From: a virus | Lineage: Duplodnaviria; Caudoviricetes | DNA length: 62,355 nt | Virus record (IMG/VR): IMGVR_UViG_3300009499_000010 | Coordinates: 1-62,355 of that record | Strand: one strand, 5' to 3' | Shown: positions 36,135 through 46,666 of the stretch, piece by piece | Position numbering within the stretch: position 1 is the first letter of the stretch | Layout of the letters: each line of letters starts with the position of its first letter | Position numbers and translations under genes: made by a program | Notes under the pieces: generated by a model | The model's database searches: none | The model's input: only the letters and a program-made list of their open reading frames with translations | What the model was told of the DNA's origin: nothing

Positions 36135-38033
36135 ATGGGCGAAACAGGGCAAGGCGAAAGTAGAGCGCAAGAACAAGCGTACATTAGCTCTGGTGTGGCA
36201 ATCATCAGAGATGATAGCTATGACGCTGACAACCCAGACCAGCTTGGAGTTGAGGACACTGAGAAAGGGTCGCAGAGTCTGCGAGTGACATTTGTTGACA
36301 AGTATGTTGATGAAGATGGCTTGACCAGACCCAAGCTGTTGTTCCAGGACAAAAGAGAGGGAATGGCCCTCATATTTGAGCCGCGCAATTATATTCCGAG
36401 AGTCCACAACAAACCGCGCAACCAGATGGCTCCAGAGGACATCAAGAAAAGAAGAGAAGCCAGAGCCAAAGCTGCTGAGAAGGCAACCAAGAAAGGGAAG
36501 AAGGAGAAGAAAGAGGGAGAAGATACACGCCAGTATCATCCAGATGACAGGGTTGCGGCAATCCGGCTAATCATAGATGACAAGCATACATTTGAGACAG
36601 ACTTCAGTCGCAGTACCAGAGTGCTCCGAGAATGTGATTTTTACATGGGCGACCTTCATGATATCTGGCGAGTGCGGGCTATCCCTGCTGGTTCAGAAGT
36701 CGAAGAGGATGGATTTACATCAGCAAAAATTGAAAAACGCGGCATGTCAACAACTGCTATTGGCGGCGCAAAAACTCTGAAGGAGAAATTTGCTGAGCAG
36801 AAAGCTAAGAAGGATAGAGGGCCACGCACAGTTCTTGACGGCGGGCCTGATGCTGATGATGCAGTCATGCGGCTAATGTGGTCAATCAATTCAAAGAAAG
36901 GCGGAGAAGGCGGTTGGATGACAACGGCAGCTGAGAGAGGGATGGGCAGAGCTGACGTGAAGAGAGACCACGATTCAATAGCACCGCCTTTGCACATTGC
37001 GCAGATAGGAGACATTGTCATCCTCACTCCAGATGATGTCTCTTTGGTGACAAGAGACGGCGATGGCTACACAATCGCCAACATAAGACATGATGCGCAT
37101 CACCACAAAACAGCGAGTTTGGATGGAAGGATTCATTTTGAAGGTCTGCCATTCCGTTGGACTGAACCTTTGTACAATGTGCAATGGATAAAATCAAAGA
37201 TTGTCAACGAGCCTCTTTTCAAAAACCAAGAGACTCTGCTGGGCAAAGAGTCAGGTCAATGGATGGTTGAAACTCCCTTCCCATTCAACGCCATAGATAC
37301 ATGGCCAGGAGAATGTACTTCCAAGTCTTTGTGGACTCCAGTGAAGAAAGTACCCAACCCGAATTATGATGGAACTTCAGTTGGGAAAAACCCTATGCCA
37401 GAAGTTGGGCAACGACCTTTCCCTGATGTTGTGGAATATGGCGGCAGGGGCACCTGTGGCCGCATACCGCCAAAGGATACACTGGAATTCCCACAAATCC
37501 CAAAATTGGTAAATAGAGATAACTTCTACAACCCTGCAGCAGCTTCCTCTATGTCGCTTGGTTACACGGCAGGGTCATTTGGTGTTGCTCCTATTATGGA
37601 TTTTGAATACTTTGTACACAATGAATTGCTGGCAGACAAGGCTGCTGTGTTCCGTGCATTCTATCGGATAACAGACCAGGACGAAGTTGTGCCGCAATAT
37701 TGTGATTTTTCTGGTGGCCCAGGGCCTGTGGTGGGTAGCGCCATAGTTGGATACATTGACATAAAACTTTCAGTTCCTGCTTCAGTTGATTTGAGCAAGA
37801 AGCATAGAGCTTCTGTGCCTCTATTGGGGTACACTGTATTAGCAGCTGGTTCTGTGCCTACAACGCATGGGAAGGTATTTGCGAATATGGAAGTTGTGCT
37901 GGAACGAATTTACAGCGTTGAAGATACTTGGGAAGACAGCATCTACGTGGCGCCGCAGCTGAGACAAATGTCGGTGCCTGAAATGGCTGGAGTCACCGGA
38001 GTCTCGTTGACCCCTGCTGCGATTATAACATAG
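36135..38033 (+). CDS. Putative tail protein
   Basis: 632-aa ORF in tail cluster; no recognised family. Confidence 0.55.
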   Translation: MGETGQGESRAQEQAYISSGVAIIRDDSYDADNPDQLGVEDTEKGSQSLRVTFVDKYVDEDGLTRPKLLFQDKREGMALIFEPRNYIPRVHNKPRNQMAPEDIKKRREARAKAAEKATKKGKKEKKEGEDTRQYHPDDRVAAIRLIIDDKHTFETDFSRSTRVLRECDFYMGDLHDIWRVRAIPAGSEVEEDGFTSAKIEKRGMSTTAIGGAKTLKEKFAEQKAKKDRGPRTVLDGGPDADDAVMRLMWSINSKKGGEGGWMTTAAERGMGRADVKRDHDSIAPPLHIAQIGDIVILTPDDVSLVTRDGDGYTIANIRHDAHHHKTASLDGRIHFEGLPFRWTEPLYNVQWIKSKIVNEPLFKNQETLLGKESGQWMVETPFPFNAIDTWPGECTSKSLWTPVKKVPNPNYDGTSVGKNPMPEVGQRPFPDVVEYGGRGTCGRIPPKDTLEFPQIPKLVNRDNFYNPAAASSMSLGYTAGSFGVAPIMDFEYFVHNELLADKAAVFRAFYRITDQDEVVPQYCDFSGGPGPVVGSAIVGYIDIKLSVPASVDLSKKHRASVPLLGYTVLAAGSVPTTHGKVFANMEVVLERIYSVEDTWEDSIYVAPQLRQMSVPEMAGVTGVSLTPAAIIT

Positions 38034-38043
38034 GAAAGCTAAG

Positions 38044-39090
38044 ATGTCACTGAGCATAGGGTTTCCAAGAGCTTATGAAGAACATAATGTGTTCGGGCAA
38101 CACGTTAAGGAAATGGCCAAAGCGAGAATCCAGCCATGTTTGACTCTTGCCCGCCATCCAAGTTTTCATGCACCAAAGATTAGAAGGATACCAAATACAA
38201 CAATCTTTGGCCAAATCTTTGAGGGAAGTCCTGCACAGACAGAAGGATTCTCAGGTCAGGCTTCAGTGGTCGAAGCTCCTCTGCTTCAGGAAAGGCTTAT
38301 ACTTAAAATCAAATATGCGTTCCAAGACGGGCCTGGAGGAAATCCTGATGGGAGTAAGTCGGCATTCTTCCAGATGAATTTCAGGCCAGCTTCAGTTGAA
38401 GAAGATTTTGTGAGCAGAGCAATTGGCAGTGCACTTGGGATTACTCCTCAATACGAGTTTACAAGCATAGGCGCTTTGTTAACACAGCCAACTTCATTAG
38501 TAGCAGTCCCACCAGCGTTTGTTCATAAGGAAAACTTTCAGTTGATGATTCCACAAGCAATTCTTATTGCTAATGACTTTGTTGCCATAAAGGATTTCTT
38601 CCGAGATATCAATCATCCTGAAGATTCAGGAGACAGCGTATACATAGTTGATTTGGACTGGGAAGTAATAGAAACAGATTTGGGGGATGAAGACATGTAC
38701 ATGTTTGAGGGGTTGGTAGAGGATGTCGTGGTTGGCATAGGCGCTACAGTAGACACAATAGTTCCAATCGACGTTCCATCTCCTGACGTATTTTCCGCAA
38801 AGGGGATTCTGAAGCACATTGAAGTCACAGCTTCTACGCCACCAGGCACTTCCACAAACTTCACTGTGGAGGTCTATACAAAATTTGACTACTCGGCAGC
38901 CAGCAGGATTTTCAGGCAGACAGGAATCAGCTCTGTTGCTGACCCATACGGTTTGAAGGAGTTAGCTGCTGATATTATCTTCAAGAACACAGACTCCCCT
39001 GTCAGCAAACGGCTATATGTTAGGATAATAGAGGTTTCAGGGATTGCCACGACATTTGACATAATTCTGAAAGGCCCGGAACTGAAATAA
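38044..39090 (+). CDS. Tail/virion protein, paralog A
   Basis: Colinear with 39817..40941 (IKYAF, SIGALLT, GTSTNFTVE, LYV.I, TTFD..L.G.ELK). Confidence 0.7.
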   Translation: MSLSIGFPRAYEEHNVFGQHVKEMAKARIQPCLTLARHPSFHAPKIRRIPNTTIFGQIFEGSPAQTEGFSGQASVVEAPLLQERLILKIKYAFQDGPGGNPDGSKSAFFQMNFRPASVEEDFVSRAIGSALGITPQYEFTSIGALLTQPTSLVAVPPAFVHKENFQLMIPQAILIANDFVAIKDFFRDINHPEDSGDSVYIVDLDWEVIETDLGDEDMYMFEGLVEDVVVGIGATVDTIVPIDVPSPDVFSAKGILKHIEVTASTPPGTSTNFTVEVYTKFDYSAASRIFRQTGISSVADPYGLKELAADIIFKNTDSPVSKRLYVRIIEVSGIATTFDIILKGPELK

Positions 39091-39091
39091 G

Positions 39092-39820
39092 ATGACTATT
39101 GCTGAAGGGAAAATTGAACTCATTGAGCTGCTCAAGAATTTGGTCTATGGCTTGAGGATTGAGTGGGTTAGTCTTTCGCAAATTCGTATTTTGCCCGGTC
39201 AATGTATCAGTGCTGATGGCCAAGAGCTAATAGTCTCACTTTCTAACATTGCCCTTGACATAACAGCTTCCGGTGCTGGTGGGTTGGACACAGGAGTTGA
39301 AGCGCCAAGCAGTTGGTATTATGTTTGGCTCATTAAGAACATTGCCACAAACGATGTTTCGGCTGTTCTGTCAGCAAGTTCTACATCCCCAACTCTTCCA
39401 GCAGGATACACAAAGAGACGTAGAATTGGGGCGGTCAGGAATGACGCAAGCAGCAATTTCTTGAATTTCCTGCAATTTGGTATTGGGGTCGATAGAGAGT
39501 ACCAGTACAGGGAGCAAGTCAACACTACTCTGCGAGTTCTTTCTGGAGGCACAGCGGCAACTTGGACAGATATAGATTGTAGTGCGTTCGTGCCATCAAC
39601 AAGTGTGTGGCCTTATCTCTCTGCCCAAAATGACAAAACAGCAGCGGGAACTGCTGGCGAGTTAAGAACAAAAGGCTCGACAGTAATTCAAAGGCGAGTA
39701 ACAACAAGTGATGGTAGAATTTTCTATTTGGAAACCGATGCCGCACAGACAATCCAGTATCAAAGAATCAGCGCGGCAACTATCAATATAAGTGTCTTGG
39801 GATTTCGGGAAGAGTTATGA
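39092..39820 (+). CDS. Tail fibre-associated protein
   Basis: GGLDTG....WYYVWLI...PTLPAGYT..RRIG pattern common in phage fibre domains. Confidence 0.7.
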   Translation: MTIAEGKIELIELLKNLVYGLRIEWVSLSQIRILPGQCISADGQELIVSLSNIALDITASGAGGLDTGVEAPSSWYYVWLIKNIATNDVSAVLSASSTSPTLPAGYTKRRRIGAVRNDASSNFLNFLQFGIGVDREYQYREQVNTTLRVLSGGTAATWTDIDCSAFVPSTSVWPYLSAQNDKTAAGTAGELRTKGSTVIQRRVTTSDGRIFYLETDAAQTIQYQRISAATINISVLGFREEL

Positions 39821-40941
39821 TAAGCCGGAAAGTAGTAATAGAAGCAACAACAGGCAAAGTGCTGAGACATGGTTACTCGGATTTTGCTAATGACCATACG
39901 CTTGAATCTGGTACGGAGCAGATTATTGAATCAGAGTTTGTTTTTGCTCCAGACATTGACATTTGGAATTGGTATTGGACAGGTTCGACTTTCATTCCAC
40001 GGGGCAAACATATTTATGTAGAGGAAGCAAAGCCTTTCTTTGCCTTGTATACACATAGAATATATACCACACCAAAAGTCAAGAAAATCTTAAATACAAA
40101 TCTTCGGGCCAGGGAGTTCAAAGAAGACAGGTCAGAGGGCTTTGAAGCTGAAATACTCTTGCTTAATGAAGTTGGGTACGAAAGAGAAGTTGCTGTAATT
40201 ATCAAATATGCATTTGAGCATAGTATGTCGGCCAAAGCTGCGTTCATGCGAATGAATTATCGCATTCTACCTGTTGGGCAAGAATTTGCGAATAACCCGC
40301 CTGCCATAAGAAGCATTGGCGCTCTACTCACAGACATAGCAAGAGCGCCTGCAGACCCGGAGGCTTTCACTCAACTTGAAAATTCTGAAATTACAATTCC
40401 AGGTATTTTGTTGCAGGCTGGAGACATTATTTTGGTAGAGGATTTTTACAGGGAGTTTACACATCAAGAGGATACAGATGATGACCTTTGGGCTATTAAC
40501 TTTGAGGCAGTAACACGTACGCAAACTTTGGAGGATGATAACGTGTACTTATGTGAAGGTGAAAAGAGTTCTGGCGTGATTGCTCAAGGCAATTCCGAAA
40601 CAGTAGCAGTAGATGTTGATGTCGCTGCCCCTGGTGTATTCTCCAAGAAGGGAGAACTTGAGGCAATCAAAGTATTAGCGACTGGAGGCGGAGCAGGCAC
40701 TTCCACAAACTTCACTGTGGAGATTTTTGAGAAAGCGGACTTGACAAAAATGATATATCGCAAGACTGCAAATGACTCCACAGCAGCACCGTGGTATGGC
40801 TTGCATGAATGTTGCGTGGGCATCCCATTCAAGAATCAAGATAGCCCGAAGCTTGCGAAACTATATGTCAAAATTACAAATGTGGCTGACTCCGGCTCTA
40901 CTACTTTTGATGTTTGTTTGAGAGGCAAGGAATTAAAGTAA
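39817..40941 (+). CDS. Tail/virion protein, paralog B
   Basis: See 38044; extra N-terminal small domain. Confidence 0.7.
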   Translation: MISRKVVIEATTGKVLRHGYSDFANDHTLESGTEQIIESEFVFAPDIDIWNWYWTGSTFIPRGKHIYVEEAKPFFALYTHRIYTTPKVKKILNTNLRAREFKEDRSEGFEAEILLLNEVGYEREVAVIIKYAFEHSMSAKAAFMRMNYRILPVGQEFANNPPAIRSIGALLTDIARAPADPEAFTQLENSEITIPGILLQAGDIILVEDFYREFTHQEDTDDDLWAINFEAVTRTQTLEDDNVYLCEGEKSSGVIAQGNSETVAVDVDVAAPGVFSKKGELEAIKVLATGGGAGTSTNFTVEIFEKADLTKMIYRKTANDSTAAPWYGLHECCVGIPFKNQDSPKLAKLYVKITNVADSGSTTFDVCLRGKELK

Positions 40942-40956
40942 CAAGGAGAAGATGAG

Positions 40957-41940
40957 ATGGCAATCAGTCCATGCCCACTAATGGGATACGAAGTAGTTGC
41001 CGCAGCTCAACAGTCTGGCGATGACATGGGGGCGCAAATCAACGCAGGGATTCAATATTTGAAGAATGATATGGGCAGCGGTCGTGTCATAATCCCACCA
41101 GGCATTCATACTATCAAAACTGAAGTATTATACGAGGACAACATCTGGCTCAGAGGGTATGGCAGAGGAGCTACAGTCTTGAAGCTTGACGAAGGATACA
41201 CGCCTGACAACTTGATAAGCGGGGCAAGCAAAAGTAACTTGAAGATAAGTGAATTGACTTTGGATGCAAACAGTCAAGAAAAGCATTTGCTCCGATTCAA
41301 TGCTTGCCAAGAGATAATTGGCGAAAGTCTTGGCTTCAAGAATGCCGCAGGAGCAGCGAAGGGCATTTATCTTGATGGTGCTTCCAAGGCAATTGAGTTC
41401 AGAGGTTTGAACTTTGGAAGTATGCCGATTTGCATTTATCTTTCTTCCGCCAGCTTTGCTTTGTTTGAAGGATTATATCCTGATAGCTTGTGCGGGAAAC
41501 TTGCTTATCTTGTAGGTGCGGAAGTGACTGACTGCGAGTTGAGAACAATGTTCGCAGAAGGCTTGACAACAGACATACATTTGAAATACGGGGTCAAAAG
41601 AATACTGATTGCTGTATTGAAATCTAATCAAGCCGGAGAGCGTTCAATCTACATCGAAAATGACGCAGCCGCTTGTGAGGATGTCGAAATAGTTGACTGC
41701 GAAATTCAAGACGCTTCCTATTCTGCTGCTAATGCCTTTGCGGCTATTCATATTGAAGCGAACCATTCTCGTATTCGTATTATCAACACAATGACAATCA
41801 ACGCCAACGCAAAACAAAAGTATGGTGTGCTGATAGATGCCGGAGCTTCCGAGTGCGAGATAAGGGGAGGCAAACACGAGGGTGTAACAGGCGCGTGGTT
41901 GAACAATGGGACAGGAACATTGATAGATAGCAGGAGGTAA
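40957..41940 (+). CDS. Right-handed beta-helix (pectate-lyase-like) tailspike-type protein
   Basis: GDDMGAQINAGI...VIIPPG...LRGYGRGATVLKL...LTLDAN. Confidence 0.75.
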   Translation: MAISPCPLMGYEVVAAAQQSGDDMGAQINAGIQYLKNDMGSGRVIIPPGIHTIKTEVLYEDNIWLRGYGRGATVLKLDEGYTPDNLISGASKSNLKISELTLDANSQEKHLLRFNACQEIIGESLGFKNAAGAAKGIYLDGASKAIEFRGLNFGSMPICIYLSSASFALFEGLYPDSLCGKLAYLVGAEVTDCELRTMFAEGLTTDIHLKYGVKRILIAVLKSNQAGERSIYIENDAAACEDVEIVDCEIQDASYSAANAFAAIHIEANHSRIRIINTMTINANAKQKYGVLIDAGASECEIRGGKHEGVTGAWLNNGTGTLIDSRR

Positions 41941-41944
41941 GGCA

Positions 41945-42217
41945 ATGGAATCTATTGGTACTGATGTGGTCAGAATCTTGCGAGAGGAAGTTGACAAAGA
42001 AGTAACAGCAACGCAGTTTTCAATCCTTGAGGTTCGGTTCCGTCCACACTCAAATAAAGTTGAGGCTGAAGTAGCTTTGTATGACGCTGAAGGGAATCCT
42101 GTCAGTGGCGCTGTGTGGCTTGTGCTGGCTTCAACACCAGCTGAATTTGAAGCAATTCGCCAAACAAAATTTGAGGACGTTCGTAAGCTTGTGAAAGGAA
42201 AGGTACAGGAGCTATGA
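41945..42217 (+). CDS. Small protein following spike 1 (possible chaperone)
   Basis: AGGAGG RBS; position. Confidence 0.55.
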   Translation: MESIGTDVVRILREEVDKEVTATQFSILEVRFRPHSNKVEAEVALYDAEGNPVSGAVWLVLASTPAEFEAIRQTKFEDVRKLVKGKVQEL

Positions 42218-43215
42218 CAGTAGACATAAGAACAGGATTTCAGCCGCCAGTTGATGGTGAAGTGATTGGCGCAAGTCAATTGCGTTATGATGCCTTTCTT
42301 CGCTGGGTCAAGGAACTGAAAGGACTTGGAGGAGCAGAAGGCAAGGCAGTAGTTTTTGCTGACCAATATGAAGGTGTGGATATGGTGGCAAAGATAATTG
42401 CTGCTATTACTTCTGTGTACGAAGTGTATGGTGGTGGAGTTGTAGTCGTCATTCCAGGGATACACATCAGCCCCACCATATTAGCGCCTGTGCAAGCTGC
42501 TCCAAAGGTTACAGTGATGGGACTCGGATATTATTTGGGGCAATATGGCATGCCTCCCACTATCCTTCAGCAGTCTACAAGCACTTATATTGTAAATCTT
42601 TTGACTAAAGGTAGCATTGCCTTTTGTGGTCTTGGTTTCCAGTATTCACATCCACAGTCCGGTATTGTAATGCGTGGGTATAACAGCGGCGCTGTTTATC
42701 TACATCAATGTTACCTCTACGGGGGCTACAATGGGCCGGAAGTTTTGAAAGTCGAGCAGAATGCAAACGGTTGGGATATCAGAGATACTTTCATTGGCAG
42801 GTATAACAACGGTGTGAACGGACACGCTGTTGTTTTTGACAATGCGTATGATTGTCATTTGAAGCGTGTACGTGGAACCGTCAACGGGCATGGAGTCAAG
42901 ATAACAGGCACTGGAAGTGCTGGCGTATATAACAAAGATTTTAGTTTTGAAGAGTGTATGTTCGGCCCAGCTATGTATCAAGCTAATCAACGTGATGCCT
43001 ATTACATTGATGCAGTGAATGTTGGACGAATTGAATGGGACAAGTGTAAGCAGTTATCTGCTCATGCCAACTATGGGGCTAACGCCCGCTATGCAATCAA
43101 TGTAGTCTCAACACCTGTAGATACGCTGAAAATCTTTCATGGAAAATTCTATGGGCAGACAGCAGCATTCAATGACAAGAGCAAGTTTGTGATGGATGTG
43201 GTAGGGATAGAGTAG
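42214..43215 (+). CDS. Second beta-helix tailspike-type protein
   Basis: GVDMVAKIIAAI...GGVVVVIPG...VMGLG; Asn/Gly-rich beta repeats. Confidence 0.65.
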   Translation: MTVDIRTGFQPPVDGEVIGASQLRYDAFLRWVKELKGLGGAEGKAVVFADQYEGVDMVAKIIAAITSVYEVYGGGVVVVIPGIHISPTILAPVQAAPKVTVMGLGYYLGQYGMPPTILQQSTSTYIVNLLTKGSIAFCGLGFQYSHPQSGIVMRGYNSGAVYLHQCYLYGGYNGPEVLKVEQNANGWDIRDTFIGRYNNGVNGHAVVFDNAYDCHLKRVRGTVNGHGVKITGTGSAGVYNKDFSFEECMFGPAMYQANQRDAYYIDAVNVGRIEWDKCKQLSAHANYGANARYAINVVSTPVDTLKIFHGKFYGQTAAFNDKSKFVMDVVGIE

Positions 43216-43228
43216 GAAAGGAGAGGTT

Positions 43229-43456
43229 ATGATACTTGAAACAGAGGTATCCGAGACGCAGCAGATTAGCGCGGTCACTGTGCGAGTACTGGAGCCCAAG
43301 AAAGATGTCGTGGTTGAGATATTTTACCAAGACGGGAAAGACATGACGCCTTTCTTTGTAATGAAAGACGGAGTACCTGAGCCAAACTTGATTGCAGTCA
43401 AGCAGGCTACAAAGGCGATTCTTACTGCTGTGGGAATAGTAGCAACGGAGAAGTAG
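43229..43456 (+). CDS. Small protein following spike 2 (possible chaperone)
   Basis: GAAAGGAG RBS; position mirrors 41945. Confidence 0.55.
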   Translation: MILETEVSETQQISAVTVRVLEPKKDVVVEIFYQDGKDMTPFFVMKDGVPEPNLIAVKQATKAILTAVGIVATEK

Positions 43457-43457
43457 C

Positions 43458-43967
43458 ATGGCAAAAATTGAAACTCGCGGGTTGGATGTATTGCAGCTTC
43501 TTGACGAGGCTGCTGACCCGGTTGTTGCTGGAGAACTTCAGCGGAATGGTGCTGACCTAAAGTTTCACGATGGTGTAGCGCCGAGGACATTGTTGCATAA
43601 CGGCGATGCTACTAAGTATGTGGTGCGAGATGCAACCTCATGGGACAGAACACTTCTTAACGGCGATTTTATCACCGATGGCTCAACGTATGTGGATGGC
43701 CTCGATTTGAGTGATATCCTTCCTGAGGGTACAATAGCTGTTGACTTATTTATCGCAGTTAGTGATGAAAACGCGGATAGTGATTTAACACTTCGACGTA
43801 GTGCCACTTACTTTATGAATCGCATAAAACAAAAGGTGATAGTTGGTGGTCAAGAAAACTATCAAGTTCAGAGGATAGCTGTTGACCCAAATAGGAAATT
43901 AGACTATAGCGCAACAAGCCAAGAGTGGACTGCAATAGCTTTGGTAGTGGTTGGATGGGTGATTTAA
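43458..43967 (+). CDS. Tail fibre-associated protein
   Basis: LDLSDILPEG...VVVGW resembles C-terminal domain of 39092. Confidence 0.55.
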   Translation: MAKIETRGLDVLQLLDEAADPVVAGELQRNGADLKFHDGVAPRTLLHNGDATKYVVRDATSWDRTLLNGDFITDGSTYVDGLDLSDILPEGTIAVDLFIAVSDENADSDLTLRRSATYFMNRIKQKVIVGGQENYQVQRIAVDPNRKLDYSATSQEWTAIALVVVGWVI

Positions 43968-43998
43968 CTGAACGCACAACAGACAAAAGGAAATAGAT

Positions 43999-45144
43999 TT
44001 GACGATATTCATAGCAGATAAGTTCAACGAGACTCCGGCTGATATTGACAACAACAAGAAAGTTGTTGGGGGAGTGCTTCAGCTTTGGCAGGACTTCTTT
44101 GGGAATGCACTCGACAGCCATTGGGTGAAAGGGAATCATCCGTATTGGACTAATCCAGTAGGCACAAACATCATAGAAGTTGGTGGCAACCTTCATTGTG
44201 AAACTTATTCCGCAGCAATGGTAGGCAGGGCTGTTTATTCTCCTGCTGTTTTCAATGACTTGACCTGTGTGGTTGATTGGTTTAGTTTTGCATGGGGGAA
44301 TGCCGACCACGATGCGAGCATATTCATATTCAAAGACAGCAACAATTATGTTTGGTTGCGGCGTTTTGCTAATCCTTATTGGGCCAGTCTCCACTTGATA
44401 GTATGTAACAAATGTGTTGCTGGGGTGCTAAGTGAAATAGCTCGTATAAACTTTTTCCCTGCTGCTCCAAGAGAAGGAAAATTCAAGATTGTTCGAAATG
44501 CGGGCGTCTTTGAGTTTTGGTATGATGTTGGCGCTGGCTGGGTGTTGTTAGCTACTTCTTCCGCTGCCATCGGTGCTAACTGCCAACTGCTTCTGGCTAT
44601 TGCTGGAAGCGGATACCCTGCAAACAACTGGACTGAGATTGACTACGCATCGTGTGAGCTTTTCGATTCAAATTACTTTTGGGATGACCTGCCTTGGATT
44701 TATGTTATCGCTTCAGAAGGAGTAGAGCATGCGTTTGATGCTGGTCTTGGAGAGACGTGGAAACTTTCGGGAGCATCTTGCGTATCTGGGCCACTAAGCT
44801 CTTCTGTCCTGTTTGAATTTGGGGTTTCAGATTCAGGACAATTTCTTGATGTTGATTGGAAAGATGTTGTCTTCAAACCGATAGCAGAGATTGCGGCGAA
44901 TGCGGCAGCCGGATTGTATGACGACCACAGATACATACATGCCAAGGCTGAGTATGTTTCGGATGGAACAGTCCAATCCTTCCTCACCAGCTTGAGTATT
45001 CAAACAGGAGCACCACCACCAATCGGAATCCCACAACAAGTAGAAATAGTTATCAAACCCGAAAGGAAAAATATTGAGCTTCCAGTCAGAGAAAAACTTG
45101 TTGAGGTTTGGAAGTCAAGTAAGAGAATTGAAATCCCATTGTAG
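43999..45144 (+). CDS. Putative lectin-like beta-sandwich virion protein
   Basis: Trp/Tyr-rich; FKIVRNAGVFEFWY...W pattern. Confidence 0.5.
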   Translation: MTIFIADKFNETPADIDNNKKVVGGVLQLWQDFFGNALDSHWVKGNHPYWTNPVGTNIIEVGGNLHCETYSAAMVGRAVYSPAVFNDLTCVVDWFSFAWGNADHDASIFIFKDSNNYVWLRRFANPYWASLHLIVCNKCVAGVLSEIARINFFPAAPREGKFKIVRNAGVFEFWYDVGAGWVLLATSSAAIGANCQLLLAIAGSGYPANNWTEIDYASCELFDSNYFWDDLPWIYVIASEGVEHAFDAGLGETWKLSGASCVSGPLSSSVLFEFGVSDSGQFLDVDWKDVVFKPIAEIAANAAAGLYDDHRYIHAKAEYVSDGTVQSFLTSLSIQTGAPPPIGIPQQVEIVIKPERKNIELPVREKLVEVWKSSKRIEIPL

Positions 45145-45156
45145 GAGATAAGTCAA

Positions 45157-45522
45157 ATGGATGCCGAACAAGCGCCACAAGGGTTAGTATTCAAGGCTGG
45201 CGAAGCTGACACTGTGACATTCTTCTATCACGAGGGGAATGATTCTAAGACTCCTATTAACATCAGTTTGGCCACGCTCAATTTTCAAGTCAGAAAGAAA
45301 AAGACATTAGAGGTTGTGCTTGAAAAGGTAGATGTAGACTTTGACAAATCTCAAGGGGATGTTGGCTTGGCGACTGTAATCATCGAAAAAGACGATACCA
45401 AGGGGATACCTGCTGGTCATTATGTCGCAGAAATCAGAGCAATCTTTGATGCTGATAACTCTATTGACAAATCCATTGATGTTGATTTTGTAGTAATTGC
45501 CCCAGTGCACAAAGACACGTAG
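45157..45522 (+). CDS. BppU-N-like baseplate protein
   Basis: PINIS.AT..FQVR...DT..IPAG.Y..EI pattern. Confidence 0.55.
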   Translation: MDAEQAPQGLVFKAGEADTVTFFYHEGNDSKTPINISLATLNFQVRKKKTLEVVLEKVDVDFDKSQGDVGLATVIIEKDDTKGIPAGHYVAEIRAIFDADNSIDKSIDVDFVVIAPVHKDT

Positions 45523-45537
45523 TAGAGAGGGAACGCC

Positions 45538-45882
45538 ATGGAATCCTTATTCAGTAACTCGGTGGTTCAGGGAAGCGTTGCCATCATTGCGGTGATACTT
45601 ATACTTGACAGAGTTGTCCTGTTAGTCAAGTATGCACGGAATGGCATCAACGAAAGAGTCACAGCCAAGAACCCAACCAGAGAAATCTTTGTCAGCCAGC
45701 CGATGCGGGAAGCCCTTCAAGAGATGTTCAAGACGCAACGTGCTATGCAGAAATCAATTGAGGACTCAAACAAAATCCACAAGGAAGGTATGGGAGCGAT
45801 GACAAACTCCCTGAAGGAATTGGTCAAGGAGACAAGAGGTATGACCAAAGAGATAAGCGAGATAAAAGGCAAGGTTGGTTAG
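45538..45882 (+). CDS. Single-TM coiled-coil protein (holin-like)
   Basis: N-terminal hydrophobic helix; position after tail genes. Confidence 0.5.
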   Translation: MESLFSNSVVQGSVAIIAVILILDRVVLLVKYARNGINERVTAKNPTREIFVSQPMREALQEMFKTQRAMQKSIEDSNKIHKEGMGAMTNSLKELVKETRGMTKEISEIKGKVG

Positions 45883-45897
45883 GAAGGGAGGCAGAAG

Positions 45898-46653
45898 ATG
45901 AAGTGGCGAATTGTGTTTGTGGTGAGTTTGTTTTTCCTGATTGGGAGTTGTGCGCATCAGGAAATTGCCAATGTGGCAAATCAAGGGAAGTATGAGACGC
46001 AGCACATCAAGGATTGGGGGAAGGAGACAGTTGAGACGGTGAGTGAAGCCATGAAAGAAATGGATACACTCGATGAAGAGATAGGAGAGCTTGCTCAACT
46101 TGAGGATGCGGATGCGATACGGGAGAAGTCAAGAACAATTGAGGAACAAATAAATAGAATTGGGCAAGGCTTGTACTCAATAGATTATACTGTTCCAGTT
46201 GAAAGAGCAGACAGGGCTGAGCAATGCTTCGATGCGATTCTTGACTTTACAGGAAAGCAACCGGAGCATGCTGATGACGACACGCTTGCGTTACATATCT
46301 TCCGGCTTGGCGAAGCAAAATTGCGTTTGGAAAAATTCAAAGTTGCCATAGCAAAAATGACTGCAATGGTTGCGCCAATTATTCCAGGAGTAGGTTGGCT
46401 TGACGATATTATCAAACTCGTGCTTGGAGGCACAACACTCTATTCCGGCGTGAGAGGATTACAACATAAATTTACAAGCAAGAAGAAAACAAAACAACAA
46501 GGCTGGATGGTTAAGGTTATGAACAAACTGAAGGAAAAGCACCCTGAAGCCTATGAAGATATGAAGAAGGAATTTGATTCAACTATTCCTGACAAAGAAA
46601 AGGTAGCATACGATGCGATGGTAACGTATCACAAAGTCAATGGTGTCGCATAG
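45898..46653 (+). CDS. Lipoprotein with second hydrophobic segment (spanin-like candidate)
   Basis: Lipobox IGSC after signal peptide; coiled coil; hydrophobic stretch near C-terminus. Confidence 0.55.
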   Translation: MKWRIVFVVSLFFLIGSCAHQEIANVANQGKYETQHIKDWGKETVETVSEAMKEMDTLDEEIGELAQLEDADAIREKSRTIEEQINRIGQGLYSIDYTVPVERADRAEQCFDAILDFTGKQPEHADDDTLALHIFRLGEAKLRLEKFKVAIAKMTAMVAPIIPGVGWLDDIIKLVLGGTTLYSGVRGLQHKFTSKKKTKQQGWMVKVMNKLKEKHPEAYEDMKKEFDSTIPDKEKVAYDAMVTYHKVNGVA

Positions 46654-46666
46654 AAAGGAGTTGGAC

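Noticed and set aside
27382-40722. Diversity-generating retroelement suggested by 29-32 nt identical repeats in tail genes
   Set aside because: No reverse transcriptase and no adenine-specific mismatch pattern; the repeats lie within paralogous coding domains
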